The notes under the pieces: model-generated
Told to the model about the DNA's origin: nothing
Seen by the model: only the letters and a program-made list of their open reading frames with translations
The model's database searches: none
Source: Octopus vulgaris
Lineage: Eukaryota
Length of the DNA: 64,000 nt
NCBI GenBank assembly: GCA_951406725.2
Contig: OX597838.1
Coordinates: 8,246,001 to 8,310,000, forward strand
Reading direction: 5' to 3'
In this document: piece by piece, positions 1-15,688 of the stretch
How positions within the stretch are numbered: position 1 is the stretch's first letter
Layout: each line of letters begins with the position of its first letter
Position numbers and translations under genes: made by a program

Positions 1-17
1 TTTTTCCGTTGCAATTA

Positions 18-237
18 CTGGTACTTATTCTATCGCTTTCTCTTGCCGAAGTGCTTCGTTACCTGGACATAAACACACCACACGCGACGGGCTCCATTTA
101 GTTTCCACATGACAATTCCAAACGGAAGGCTTTGGCCGGCCCGAGACACTAGAGCAAGGTGCCACGCACAGGGATTGCACCCGGATCCATGAGGTTGGGA
201 ATTCATTTTCTCGCTACACAATCATGCACGCGCCTGT
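18..237 (-). mobile_element. Degenerate SINE family A copy
   Basis: Diverged reverse-complement match to family A (aaggtgccacgc...gggattgcacccgga; gtacttattctatcg). Confidence 0.65.
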
Positions 238-271
238 ATATACATATACATACATACATATATATATATAC

Positions 272-369
<98 letters not shown>

Positions 370-455
370 GTGTATGCATATATACTTTTCTGCATACTTA
401 TGCATAGATTTCTGTGTGTATATATAATGTATATATATGTATGTATGAATATATG

Positions 456-535
<80 letters not shown>

Positions 536-776
536 TGTGTGTGTATGTTTGTACATATCCCTATATATGTATATATAAATATATATGCGTGCTTACTCAT
601 ATTTGTGGCAGGGTATATGTGAGAGCGTGTGTGTGTGGTTGTGAGAGTGTGTGTGTGTAACATCAGTATTTATACGAATTACTTTACTACAAGTAAATGT
701 TAGCAAAACTGTAAATAATTGATAATAGTAAATATTCAAGTAACTCTCTCTCTCTACATATATATATATATACATA

Positions 777-817
<41 letters not shown>

Positions 818-822
818 CTACA

Positions 823-861
<39 letters not shown>

Positions 862-954
862 GTGTGTGTGTGTCTGTGTGTGTATGTATGTTTGTGTATA
901 TATATACGTATATACATATATATATGGATATATATCTGTATACATATGTATATA

Positions 955-1002
<48 letters not shown>

Positions 1003-1271
1003 TTGAGCAGACATTATTTCGAAGTCGACCATTACCCTTTATAAAATTCACTAAGTGTTGTACTCTGTATAAATGGATTCTGTATTACAATTAATTTATG
1101 TTGGACTAGTTATACACACACACACACACACATACACACACACTCATATATACACACACATACACATGTATGTATAAAATATTCATAAAAGCATTCACGT
1201 TTTCGTACGAATAAACACATTCACACGCACATACACATATGTCTGCGCGTGCGTGTGTGTGTGTGTGTGAA

Positions 1272-1326
<55 letters not shown>

Positions 1327-1637
1327 CATGCGGAATGCGATGAGAAAGAATACTCGGGAAAGCACGGAAAATACAATGGAGACGGACGACTCCCTCATCA
1401 ATTATCGAATAAGTATCATCACAATTTTATACATATATATATATGTGTGTGTGTGTATGTGTGTCTGCGTGTGTTTGTGTGTGTGTGTGTGTATGTGTGT
1501 ACGTGTGTGTCTGTGTGTGTGTGTGTACAGACGCACATATATATATATATATCTGTATGTATACTTATGTATGTGCATATATATAACCATATATATCTGT
1601 ATTTATATTAACACATACATACATGTATATATGTATG

Positions 1638-1671
<34 letters not shown>

Positions 1672-1681
1672 TGTATGTATG

Positions 1682-1713
<32 letters not shown>

Positions 1714-1769
1714 ATTGTATTCATGTATGTATATATGTATGTATGTATGTATGATTGTATTCATGTATG

Positions 1770-1833
<64 letters not shown>

Positions 1834-2558
1834 TGTATGTATGTATGTATGTATGTATGTATGTATGAAGAGATGAAACAGAATACATTTCTGTGTTGTT
1901 CCAGTGACAGAAGACCAGGAACATTTCTCAATAAATGATAGATGAGTTGAACCCTACTTATAGGGGTCATAGCCTTAATGCAGTGAGTATTGATCCCCAA
2001 AGAACAAGAGTCAAAGAGGTGTTCGCCATGATTATTGTTATGAAAGTCAGGGTCAGCGTGTATAAGAGGGCAATTACAGCTGCGGAGTGTATATAGGGGA
2101 ACGCTTTACAGATTGTTACACGATTGTGTGTGTATATAGATATATGTATGCATGTGCGCGTAGAAATGTAATTGCGTGCTTATAGGAATGCACGCATGCG
2201 TATATATATATGTGTGTGTGTGTGTGTGTTTGTGTGTGTAGCAGGCTAATGTCACAAACAGGCAGACGAAGGGTTAACTAGTCAGATTATAACGTATTTA
2301 TATATTCAAATTTGGAGTTAGATGATGTTCTACAATGCAAACGTTATCTGTGTCACATATTTAATATCATCGGGTTGTTAAACCCCTTTTTTGCTGCGAT
2401 GTCTTGTCGCAGCAAAGTCCTTTTAAAAACGTGTGTGTATGTGTGGATGTGTGTGGATGTGTGGATGTGTGTGGATGTGTGGATGTGTGTGTCTGTAATG
2501 TTGGCAAATGGAATAAGTATAAAAATGAACATCGTCTATTTAATTCAAAAAATTCTAC

Positions 2559-2649
2559 ATGTGGCTGAAGAGTGCTCTACATTTTAATAGTGATGTAATA
2601 CTTACATTCTTTAAATTAAATGAAGTAGCATGAAACGATTGTAGTACAC
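2559..2649 (+). ncRNA. Hammerhead ribozyme-like motif with long stem II (Penelope pLTR remnant, copy 1 of 3)
   Basis: gtgg-CTGAAGA-gtgctctac...gtagcat-GAAAC-gatt-GTA-gtacac; same island at 20259 (+) and 56190 (-). Confidence 0.6.
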
Positions 2650-2719
2650 TACCTTCGATATCCCTGTTGCTTATTTTGATTATATATATATATAGATAGA
2701 TAGGGAGATAGATAGACAA

Positions 2720-2784
2720 ATAGCCTCGAGCCAACCCTAGCCTTGTGAGTGGATTTGGTAGACGGAAACTGAAAGCAGCCCGTC

Positions 2785-2874
<90 letters not shown>

Positions 2875-3045
2875 GTCACCCGATCATCGCTTGACGACCG
2901 ATGTTAGTATGTTCAGGTCCCCTAATTTTGCGAGCGATAGAATAAGTACTAGGTGTAAAAAGAATAAGTCTTGGGGGTCTACTTGTTCGACTAAAGGCGG
3001 TGCTGCAGCATGGCCGCAGTCAAATGACTGAAACAGGTCAAAGGT
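2720..3045 (+). mobile_element. SINE family A, 5'-truncated, with internal (TA)n(TG)n
   Basis: ccttgtgagtggatttggtagacggaaactgaaag ... ggcggtgctgcagcatggccgcagtcaaatgactgaaac. Confidence 0.85.
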
Positions 3046-3413
3046 TAACAGAATGTACTCATGTTCTCAGTTCCGTGTGTGTGTGTGCGTGTGTGTGCAG
3101 AGGCAGTGCGAGAAAGAAAGCGATGTGTGTATATATATGTATATATAGAGAGAGACTATCTGTATATATGCACGTATGTACGTATGCGTGTAAGTGGAGG
3201 ATGGGTGTGTGTAAGTATAGATGTATGTATGTGTGATATACATATGCATGTTGGTATATTGGTATGTTTAGAGAAACGTAAGAAGTATAAGCTAAATACA
3301 GATATATATATATATATATATATATATCTTTTGTATATATGATATATATATATATATTTGTATCGCACCACTGTTTTAGAATTGTATTCTTCAGTGACAA
3401 TCTCCGGCTAGAT

Positions 3414-3480
<67 letters not shown>

Positions 3481-3765
3481 TAGATATAGATATAGATATA
3501 GATATAGATATATAGATAGATAGAGAGAGAGAAAGAGAGAGAGAAAGAGAGAGGAAGGGAGAGAGAGGGAGAGAGACAGTACTGCTATTTAGAAAGTTCA
3601 GCAGAGTGCGAAGTAATTCTATTTTTACGAGACGACTCTCGAAGCAAATAAAATTATGAATATTAGCGTTTCAATATTCCTTTTCTGGGAGCCGAACTCA
3701 CATCTGGAAATATGAGAGGTGCCCTAACATATATGTGTGTGTATGAGAGAAAGATTTTGATAGAT

Positions 3766-3902
<137 letters not shown>

Positions 3903-4270
3903 CATGTATCTAAATATACACAGTGTGAAACAGATTAATGTTATACAAATATATACAAATATATTGTATACACACGTATACACGCACGCACACGCACACT
4001 CACATATATGCGTGTGTATACGTATATAATTGGATAACATTTACCCCTCCATCACTGTATATGTGTGTGCGTGTGTACGTGTGTGTGTGTGTGTGTGTAC
4101 AGAAATGCAGAGATGCGACCTTGTGTCCTTTGAAGTTGTATTTCTGACATATCGAAATACCAATTGTGTTGTTGGCTTTCACAAATAAAACAATATTTAA
4201 TCGCCTGATACTTTTTTCGCACTTCATAAACGTATGCATACATATATGCATACATTTATATAATTACATC

Positions 4271-4301
<31 letters not shown>

Positions 4302-4429
4302 GTATGCATACGCAGATGCACACGTATGTGTTTACATATACATACACAGACACAGACACACACATATATATATATATATATATGTATGTATACGGTTATA
4401 TGTAATACATTATCACACGTACATATACA

Positions 4430-4525
<96 letters not shown>

Positions 4526-4671
4526 CAGATAGATAGATAGATTGATAGATAGATAGATACATACATACATACATACATATATACATACACACATACATAC
4601 ATACATACATACATACATACATACATACATACATACATACATACAATCATACATGCATATATACATACATA

Positions 4672-4830
4672 TACGAAGGGCTTCTGTCGGTTTCCGTCTA
4701 TCAAATCCACTCACAATGTTTTGGTCAGCTCTAGGCTGTAGCAGAAGACACTTGCCCAATGTGCCACGCTGTGGGACTGAACCCGGAACCATGTGGTTGG
4801 TAAGCAAACTTCTTACGGTTCAATCACACA
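4672..4830 (-). mobile_element. SINE family A 5' half
   Basis: Reverse complement of tRNA-like head and CORE-like (cttgcccaa) segment. Confidence 0.85.
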
Positions 4831-5368
4831 TACATATTTACATATTTATAGGTGCACGCATATATCTGTATGTGTAGACACAAGTACCCTGAAATATATC
4901 TGCATGGACGTACATACATAGATATGTGAGTGTACCTGCCCTCGACTTTTCTCACCCAGAATTGTTTTGAAGATTGACATGCTGTTATTTAAAGCTGTAA
5001 GTACTTCGAGATAAAAGTTCCAAAACACAAAAGAGGTTTCATATATCCGGGCGCACACATACATACAGATATACATAGACGCTTAAAACTGGTCTAAATG
5101 CATCACTTCATTTAAAATTTCAGCATTTAAATGTTTACAATATGCCAATATATCAAGTTTTTATATACATCGCACCTGCGCACGTGTGTGTGTAGATTGA
5201 TAGATATTTGTATGTATATCTATACAAATATATATATGTGTGTATATAACTGTGTGCATATATATATATACACATATATATATATATATATATTTTATAA
5301 AGGTACATACATTATGATGCCACCAAATGTATATATATGTATACACTAACTTGTACAGGACAAGAACG

Positions 5369-5442
<74 letters not shown>

Positions 5443-5570
5443 ATAGATAGATTTGCCAGGTGTGAATGTAAAATCCTAGAGCAGCTCCGTCCAACTCACT
5501 TCTTCACCAAAAACAGTATAGAAGGGAGACGCATGGCCCCTGTCTCTGGCTTCAGTAAACCAGTAAAGTA

Positions 5571-5676
<106 letters not shown>

Positions 5677-5771
5677 ATATGTATGCATGTATGTATATAC
5701 ACATAAGTAAAAAAGAAAAGGAGCTAATATATATATATAAATAAGGATACATACATACATACATACATACA

Positions 5772-5807
<36 letters not shown>

Positions 5808-5914
5808 TATAATTAATTAAGATTCAGTGGAATTAGGTAGTTGAGTTGAGGCATCAGGTCAGTCGGGTAATATCCGCACACCACGAATTGGGGTGGAGAT
5901 AAAATCAAAATAAC

Positions 5915-6010
5915 AGGAGTTGTGCATTGGGGTTGTAACTATACATTATAAAGCTTACTAAACTTTATTTGCTTCATAATGTATAGTTTCAATCCCAGTG
6001 CACAGCTCCT
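5915..6010 (+). other. 40-bp imperfect hairpin with 16-nt loop (pre-miRNA-like or MITE remnant)
   Basis: 5915-5954 pairs with 5971-6010: 35 Watson-Crick pairs, 3 G-U, 2 mismatches on + strand. Confidence 0.7.
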
Positions 6011-6699
6011 ATGTGTAACGTTTACCATTCCAGTAAGATCTGTTGTCCAGTAAGATCTGATTTAAACGTAAAAAAGTAACAGTTTTTTGAAAATCCTATT
6101 TACATAATTGTCGCGTATGTTTAGGTGAACTGTGATCAAAGTTTTGTCGTGTGGTTAACTGATCGATAATTAGAAGTCGTTGCATAAAATACTGCCCTTA
6201 AATCACTAATCAGGGCGATAGAATTATCCTTAACGTTGAAACCTGGTGGTCCCGTATGACCAATTGATGGTTGCCGTAAATGCAATGCTATTAAAGTATA
6301 TATCAATTATAATTTTTATGTGTGCAGGTCAGACACGCACACATGTATGACTGTGTGTGCGTGTTGGTGTGTGTGTGTATACACTCATATACGTAGATAG
6401 ATACATATATACCGCATATAGATGGACATATATATTATATACGTATATACATGTATAATATATACGTATATATATTATACATTATATACTGTAAACATAT
6501 ATACATATATATATTATACACACACATATATATTATATGCGTATATATGTACGTTAATGCATATACATGTATATTATATAGCTATAGGCTGCATATATAT
6601 ATCATATACATGCATATATATATACATATATTATATATATGTCTATATATATATATATATATACGCACATATATATTATCTATATATACAAATATATTA

Positions 6700-6730
<31 letters not shown>

Positions 6731-6732
6731 AT

Positions 6733-6791
<59 letters not shown>

Positions 6792-7049
6792 GACATGTAT
6801 ATTATATGTATACATCTAAATGCATTTTAATATGTATATATATATGTATATAAATACATGTATATATATATATTAATATATATATATATATATGTACATG
6901 CATTTGTATATGTATATTATATGCATATTATATATATATGTGTGTGTGCGTGCGTGCGTGTGTGTGTTTGTATATATGTGTATGTATATATGTATGCATG
7001 TGTATATATTACATACATATATAGACATATCTGTTTATCATATACATAT

Positions 7050-7106
<57 letters not shown>

Positions 7107-7119
7107 GAATGATAAATAA

Positions 7120-7151
<32 letters not shown>

Positions 7152-7152
7152 G

Positions 7153-7238
<86 letters not shown>

Positions 7239-8114
7239 TACGTATATATCGCTCTATCGAGCAGCTTGTAAGTTCTTTCTAAGTATTTCTAGCCTCGATG
7301 TCTTCGTTATGGCCTTCTCTTTCATAGGGACAGGGATTCATTCCATTTATCATCTCATTATGTTGAAGGTTTGCCAACCGGTTCCTTTCGACCTCTTCTT
7401 TAACACTCGACAACAGCAGATCACCACCTGTTCTCTGTGCTTCTTGAGAAGGGTTTGAAGCAGCCAACCCTATGCTTTCCGGATTCTAAAATCACACCAT
7501 TTCTTTCCTGGATTTACACTTTTCGTATGTGCTCCTGCATGTTGAAGTGCCTGGATTCCTTAGCACGATTCTTTCTATGATGTGCGAAATCTGAAGCAAA
7601 GTTAAAGACATTTCTCTAAACTGTGGGTTTCTTAAAATGACAGTGTGAGAAGAAAATCTCTTCATGCCTGTCTATTCAAGGGTACCGTCCTACATGCACC
7701 CGTGTATGCGTGGCACTTGTGGACTTCAAACATTCACACACACACACATATATATATATTCTTTTATCCTTTTATTCTTTTATTCGTTTCAGTCATTTGA
7801 CTACAGCCATGGTGGAGCACCCAGGACTTATTGTTTGTAAGACTGGTACTTTTCCTATCGGCCACTTTTACAAGAAGACACAAGGGAACGAAAAGTGTCA
7901 CCGAAGAGGTCGCAGACGTGCGACGAAAGATTTCCGAACAATGGACAGGCATAACTTGACATAAAAATTCCGTTCATATATACACTCGATATATATATGT
8001 GTGTGTGTGTGTGTGTATGTATATATATATATATCTATATATATATACATAGACATGTATGTATATACATATGTTTGTGTATATATATATATGTATATAT
8101 ATGTATATATATAT

Positions 8115-8157
<43 letters not shown>

Positions 8158-8818
8158 TATAAACGCACATATAAATGCTTTATGCGTGTATGTATGTGTG
8201 TAAGTATTTGAAAGTTTAGGTGGAAATCTATATATACATACATATATATATATATATACATGCATACATACATACATACATATATATGTATGTATGCATG
8301 CATGTATGTATGTATGTGTGTATGAATGAATGCATGTTTGTTTGTATGTATGTATGTATAGAATATAGGAAATATGTACAAATCTGCAATAAACTACACA
8401 TTGACACCAAGTTAGTTTTGTGCCGCTCTTTTTGTAAGCCTCTCTGAGAAGGGGAGGGTTGCAACATATAAGATAACTATATACAATCTCACTGCAGACA
8501 AACGCTTCATTATTCACAAAATTTATATCAGCTTCACCCGAAAAGAGAAAAAAAAGAAAACCAGCGCCGGCAAAATTGCATAATTATATAATGCGTGTGT
8601 GTGTATGTCCGTGTGTGTATATATATGTTTACATTAGCATATAGACGTAAATATATGTATATATATATATTAGTGTGTGTTTTTGCATATATGTATGCAT
8701 GCCACCTATATACACAGCTCTGGCAATATCCATATATTTAGGTGTGTATGCATATATCTGGATACTAAGATGGCTGCACGTATGTTTTCTGCGTTGGTGC
8801 ATCTATCTGTAATGTGTG

Positions 8819-8925
<107 letters not shown>

Positions 8926-8936
8926 CATACATACAC

Positions 8937-8971
<35 letters not shown>

Positions 8972-9023
8972 CATATATATATATATAATTTATTTATTTA
9001 AAGGTCACAATACATGTATTAAA

Positions 9024-9075
9024 GCGGCTAGTAATAGTTTCATATGTTGAGAGACCTCAAACATATTCTTCAGGC
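9024..9075 (-). ncRNA. Degenerate hammerhead-like motif
   Basis: Minus strand gc-CTGAAGA-atatgtttgaggtctctcaacatat-GAAA-cta-ttac-tag-cc-gc; strong stem II, U16.1 replaced by C. Confidence 0.5.
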
Positions 9076-9182
9076 ACAAACTGCAAACCATAACGAATTG
9101 AAGAAATTGGATAATAAAAGAAGTTTTTTATCTCTCACCAGATGGAGTACTTCGTTGTTAAATTTTCTATTACGGCGGACCA

Positions 9183-9280
<98 letters not shown>

Positions 9281-9322
9281 ATATATGTATGTATGTATGT
9301 ATTTATGTATGTATATATTTAA

Positions 9323-9398
<76 letters not shown>

Positions 9399-9619
9399 TA
9401 ATTTAGAGATAAAACTCAATATATATATATGTGTGTGCGTGTATCTATACATAAATAATATGTATGCATATATATTTATATATATATATATATATACATA
9501 TATATGTGTGTGTGTATATATATATATAAATACACTCACATATACAGTTGTGTGTGTTATATATTTTAATATAGAATAACAAATGCTACGAGTGTAATTT
9601 TCGTTTTTTTCTATTCACC

Positions 9620-9668
<49 letters not shown>

Positions 9669-9888
9669 AGAGCGAGAGAGAGAGAGAGCTGTTGCTATCC
9701 AGAGGACCCTAAAGTTAGGTAAGACCATGTAAATGCTACGGAAGGACCGCCGTTAAACTCACGGTTCGATAATAGTATGAGTGAGGTGTCTAACGCGGGT
9801 CGTGTGTGAGTGTGTATAGGTTAAATATAATTAAACAACAAAGCCAAAGCAGTGTGATATTTCTAGGATATTTTTAAAGAGTAAGGTA

Positions 9889-9936
9889 GTCTTACAGCTG
9901 TTTCGGGAAGATAAAGCATATCCCATCACCAGAGAC
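9889..9936 (-). ncRNA. Minimal type-I hammerhead motif, core variant CTGGTGA (probably inactive)
   Basis: Minus strand gtct-CTGGTGA-tgggatatgctttatcttccc-GAAAC-agct-GTA-agac; same family as 59667. Confidence 0.7.
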
Positions 9937-9983
9937 GATATGAGAAAGATAAATAGAAGCACATAGTGGAGTTCAAACATACA

Positions 9984-10025
<42 letters not shown>

Positions 10026-10264
10026 AAATTAGAGATAAAACCACTATTAGGCAAATCAAACAGTGAAAAACATAAACCAAAACATGCAAATAAATATAAT
10101 TAATATAATATACAAAATGTATAAAATATAAAATTTAAAATTAAATTATTTAAATTTAAAATTTTTAATTTATATTTATAAATTTTTATATTTATTTTAT
10201 TTTATTTTATTTTTTGAATTTTTTTAAAACATATATATATATATATATATATAGATATATATAT

Positions 10265-10297
<33 letters not shown>

Positions 10298-10796
10298 ATT
10301 ATGGTATATTCTGTTAAGAACGTATTAGAGTACAGTATAAATCTTGACCACCTTCAGATGTCACCCTGTACTCTCCAGTTGAAGTACTATACGTACTTCA
10401 AGCTTTGAGTTTGTGTTTCTGTCGTCTCAATTTTTCCAATTATATGTATACACATACACACACACACACATACACGCGCACACACACACACACACATACA
10501 GACACATACACGCACACACACACACACACGCACACACAAGTATACATACAGAAACAGGAATATATCAATGTATGTGTTTATGTCGAGTTGTAACGAAAAC
10601 AATTTTGCGATAAACTGAATGTAACTATATTTTTTTTTTATTCTTTTTACAAAAATTAATGCTGAAAATGCCTTCGAAGTTTAGGGCTGTGTACAGAAGA
10701 ATTAAAGCTAAACAAGTCAAAACTTCGAAGTCACTGTCGAAACTATCCTTGTTACAGACAGACATACCGATAGATAGAGATAGAACAGGGCTACAC

Positions 10797-10839
<43 letters not shown>

Positions 10840-10917
10840 GGACAGGTGAGGTTTACCCGTGCAAAGAAAAGCCTACGGAAAAGACCACGGTAACCTCGGT
10901 CAATGATGTCACATTTT

Positions 10918-10970
<53 letters not shown>

Positions 10971-11313
10971 GAGGAAGAGGTGGGGGGGGGTCCCCGTCTG
11001 CTGGACCACACGCGTGCCAGGAAAGTCTAAACCTGTCAATTGAAATGTTTATACTGCCTTGTCCCCTTTCACCGATTCTCCTCAGACGAATGGCCTTCCC
11101 ACCCCATTCGTTCTCTACCAAATATAAAAGGAAGGAAAGCAAAGAGAACAAGTCTACGGATGTTTATTTTAAACAGAAATAATTCTCCACAATCATTTAT
11201 TATCCATGTTTTGCAAATCTTTGTAGATTTTACCGAAGACTATGCCTTCCGAGTTTTTATGGTCATTATTATTGTTATTATTATTGTTATTATTATTATT
11301 ATTATTATTGTTA

Positions 11314-11457
<144 letters not shown>

Positions 11458-11547
11458 TACATTTAATCTACACGTTTGTCACTGTCACATGCCGAGACAC
11501 ACCTAGTGTCCTGGGGCGATGTCTTTATTATTATTATTATTATTATT

Positions 11548-11735
11548 AGGGCGGTGAGCCGTCAGAATAGTTATTATGCTAGGCGAAATGCTGAGCAGCC
11601 TTTCGTCCGTCTTAGAGACGTTCTGGTTTCAAATTCCGCCGAAGTCGACTTTTCGTTTCTTCCGTCGAGGGTCGATAAAGTAAGTACCAGTTGAATCCTC
11701 CCCCAAAATAGCTGCCCTTGTGGCAAAATTTGAAA
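11548..11735 (+). mobile_element. SINE family B copy
   Basis: ggcggtgagc...caaattccgccgaagtcgactt...gggtcgataaagtaagtaccag. Confidence 0.8.
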
Positions 11736-11809
11736 CCATTATTATTATTATTACCATTGTTATTGTTTCCTTTTTTTACTGAAGAAGTCTAAGACTTCAA
11801 TAATCCTGA

Positions 11810-12200
11810 CATTTTGGGGAAGGGGCGAGTTGGTTAAATTGACCCCAGTGTATAACTGGTACTTATTTCATTCTTCCCCGAAAGGATGAAAGTCAAGGCT
11901 GGTCACGGCGGTATTTGAATCCAGAATGGTAAAAGCCGGAAGAAAAACCGCTAAGTGTTTCGTCCGGCGTGATAACGATTCTGCCAGTTAATTCTTTAAT
12001 AGATATAATTCGTTGCACAAGGGAATGAAATTTGTGGGAAGGGGTCTAATTGCGTACATGGACCCCAGTGTTCGACTGATACTTATTTTGATCGACCCCG
12101 AAAGGATGAAAGGCAAATTGGATCTCGGCGGAATTTGAACCCAGAACGGAAAGCGTTTTATCCGGCGTTCTAACGAGTCTACCAGCACGCCACCACCGTG
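11810..12200 (-). mobile_element. Two tandem diverged SINE family B copies
   Basis: Two reverse-complement matches (cgaaaggatgaaag...atttgaa..cagaa). Confidence 0.75.
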
Positions 12201-12239
12201 GCCAGCTTGATATTTAGATTTTTAACATCGGTAGATGTA

Positions 12240-12495
12240 ACCTTGTGAGTGGATTTGGTAAACGGGTGTGTCTTTGTGTCTGGGTTTGTGAGGGCGTTTG
12301 TTGCCCCCGCCATCGCTTGGTAACCGATGTTGGTGTGTTTATTTCCCAGTAGCCAAGCGATTCGACAAAAGAGGCCGATAGGATAAGTAACAGGATTACA
12401 AATAATAAATCCTGGGGTTGATTTCTTTGATTAAAACGAGGTGCTCCAGCATGACCGCTGTTAAATGACTGATACAGCTACAAGACTAAAAGAAT
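12240..12495 (+). mobile_element. SINE family A, 5'-truncated
   Basis: ccttgtgagtggatttggta ... ggtgctccagcatgaccgctgttaaatgactga. Confidence 0.75.
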
Positions 12496-12776
12496 ACCGT
12501 GCCCTAACGCTGCCCTTCAACATTTTCCACCCTCTTTTTTTTAGAGTTCATAACACCATCGCCACCAGTTCCTAGAGTAAGGCCTTAGCGGCAGAGTATC
12601 TAAGCGACAGGGTCAGTTTAATATATTTTGTCCTGACGTTCGTGGGATATTCGCTTGTAAGTATGCATGTCTATGTGTCTGTGATCATATATATGAGTGT
12701 GTGTGTGTGTGTGTTTGTGTGTGTGTGTTTGTAGATATATATATACAGACATATATAAATGTATATATATATATAA

Positions 12777-12874
<98 letters not shown>

Positions 12875-12931
12875 ACATATATATATATATAGAGAGAGAG
12901 AGAGAGTGTGTGTGTGTGTGTGTGTGTGTAT

Positions 12932-12964
<33 letters not shown>

Positions 12965-12970
12965 CATATA

Positions 12971-13177
12971 CGAGGGTGTGCTAAAAGTTCCTGGCTGAAA
13001 AGGGTGTCGCGAAAGGCCTGTTTGCAGGTTCTTTTAGAGGGCTGAGAAAAACTGAAGGACCGCTGCAATACCTGTGTGTGTGTGAATCTGAGAGGGGAAC
13101 CACTTCAATAAAATCATAATTAACCGATCCTCTTGTAGTTTCTTTCACCCAAAGCCAGGAACTATTCAGCATCCACT

Positions 13178-13179
<2 letters not shown>
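12971..13179 (+). mobile_element. Mariner-derived MITE
   Basis: TA|cgagggtgtgctaaaagttcctggct ... agccaggaactattcagcatccactcg TIR pair; internal remnant [17 protein letters not shown] resembles the mariner transposase C-terminus. Confidence 0.75.
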
Positions 13180-13216
<37 letters not shown>

Positions 13217-13234
13217 GAAGGTTTGGAGATGATG

Positions 13235-13385
13235 TACAGGTATTATATATTAGAAAAATTGAGGTAATCAGATCAGATGGTTCATATTTGTAGATATTTA
13301 TTTATATATTACATTTTTTACATATATATCATATCATATCATTCGGATTTCGGATTAGCGCTTGCTCCCATTCTAGTGGGCTTTT

Positions 13386-13390
<5 letters not shown>
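13235..13390 (-). mobile_element. Repeated island (Penelope pLTR-like) with U3-A8 hammerhead-like motif at 13354-13390
   Basis: Homologous to 37905-38045; minus strand TTGAAAA-gcccactagaatggga-GCAA-gcgc-TA. Confidence 0.55.
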
Positions 13391-13458
<68 letters not shown>

Positions 13459-13918
13459 GCATATATATGCACACACATATATATATATATGCACACACAT
13501 ATATATATATATGCGTATTCTGTGACCAGGGTACACTGTGTCCGTGTGTTTGCGTGTCTATGTACGAGTATGAAGATTAGTGAAACCTCAGTGCTGCATT
13601 GGTCATAAGAGGCTGCCTAATGTCCGGGGAAACTCTCGAACCACTTAGCTTACAATAGGTTCGGTTTAATTGAGAATCAATTACTCTTAGTGGTGATGAT
13701 GCTGATGACGATGACAATCATGACGATGATGATGATATGAGTTAAGTAAAGGTGGTGTCGGTGATGGTGTTAGTGGTAGCTGTTATGGTAGTGTTGCTGT
13801 GGTTGTGCTGTGGCTGGCATGCATGTTTGCTGGCATCAATAATAATTCCTACTTATGTTACACTGATAGATTGATATATATATATATATATATATATACA
13901 GATAGATATATACCCAGA

Positions 13919-13959
<41 letters not shown>

Positions 13960-14205
13960 GTATATATATATATCTATATATATATATATATATATACATG
14001 TTTGTATGTATTAACATATAATACAGGATATGAATATAATATATACGCATACATATTTACTTATTTATAAGAAAATGTGAGTGTGTATATGTTTACATAT
14101 ACATGTGTATATATATGTATACATTGTATACGATATATGATTACGTGTATATGACACTCTGTCTATGTCTATCTATCTATCTGTTTATATATCTCTCTCT
14201 CTCTC

Positions 14206-14241
<36 letters not shown>

Positions 14242-14258
14242 AATATATACACCCTCAC

Positions 14259-14311
<53 letters not shown>

Positions 14312-14348
14312 TATATATATATGTATATATATATATATATATAAAAAC

Positions 14349-14392
14349 GGCGGTGCATCAGCATGGCCACCGCTCTGAGCTGAAACTAGAGA

Positions 14393-14400
<8 letters not shown>
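14349..14400 (+). mobile_element. Extreme 3' end of the CR1-type LINE inserted in (TA)n
   Basis: ggcggtgcatcagcatggccaccgctctgagctgaaactaga + A-rich tail; matches the LINE terminus at 56586-56625. Confidence 0.75.
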
Positions 14401-14423
<23 letters not shown>

Positions 14424-14719
14424 TGATGTGTGTATGTATCGATATGTATGTGTATACACACACATATATATATATATATATGATGTGTATGTATATATAT
14501 GATGTGTATGTATATATATATATATGCGTTCGCGTGTGTGTTTGTAAGAACTGCGTTGTATTTCATGTACTGAATAAACATTTGTATTCTTAATAGTTTT
14601 ATTTCATCACAGATGTCAACTTGTTAACGACATATGTTAACATTTTTTATTATTTCCTTTCTTAAAGTCGTTTTATAACATCAAAACCCAATATTTTGCT
14701 CTCGATAAAAGATTACATG

Positions 14720-15154
14720 AATAGGCGTAGGTGTAGTAGAGTCGATTATCAAAGAAGTGCTTCCGTGTTCAATCCAGGGACTCAATTTTTTGGACAGGTA
14801 CACATATACCTTCTATTACAACTCCTGATGGGCCAAAGATTTGTGATTGAACTTGATAAACGGAAACTGAAAGAAGCTTTCGGGCATTCAAACGTACACA
14901 CACGCACACACACATTCAGTTATATTGGTTAGTTTTTTCAGTTTGTGCCTGTAGACTTTTTTTTGTTGTTTGTCCCAATACAATCACTGGTGACCAATGT
15001 TGGTTTGTTTAAGACCTCACAACTGAGCAGTTTAGCGAATGAAACAGAACAAGTACCAAATTTAAAATATGTACATGGATGGAATTTAGTGGGAATGATT
15101 TATTCAGCTTAAATCTTAAGGGCTGTATTTCACCATGGCCGCATTCCAATGACT

Positions 15155-15160
<6 letters not shown>
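14720..15160 (+). mobile_element. Old diverged SINE family A copy
   Basis: aacggaaactgaaagaagc, tgttggtttgttt, caccatggccgcattccaatgact. Confidence 0.55.
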
Positions 15161-15204
<44 letters not shown>

Positions 15205-15297
15205 TTTTATACATCGGTCATTCAGTACAATGTTTGATTCATATATATATATACATATATACATATAGTTACAGATGTACATGTGAAGGAGAAATAT

Positions 15298-15339
<42 letters not shown>

Positions 15340-15370
15340 ACATATTAATATATATGTATATATATATGTA

Positions 15371-15408
<38 letters not shown>

Positions 15409-15423
15409 CATATACATACTTAC

Positions 15424-15496
<73 letters not shown>

Positions 15497-15619
15497 TATT
15501 TGCACGGTAACAGATCTGGACATCATCTGAAACCACACAAAACTTAATTCTTGTTATATAACATATTTATTGCTAAAATATATTTGTGTGTGTAATGTGT
15601 GTGTGTAATGTGTGTGTTT

Positions 15620-15688
<69 letters not shown>

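Noticed and set aside
7279-7467. 62-aa minus-strand ORF in a unique island
   Set aside because: No recognisable motif or convincing splice context
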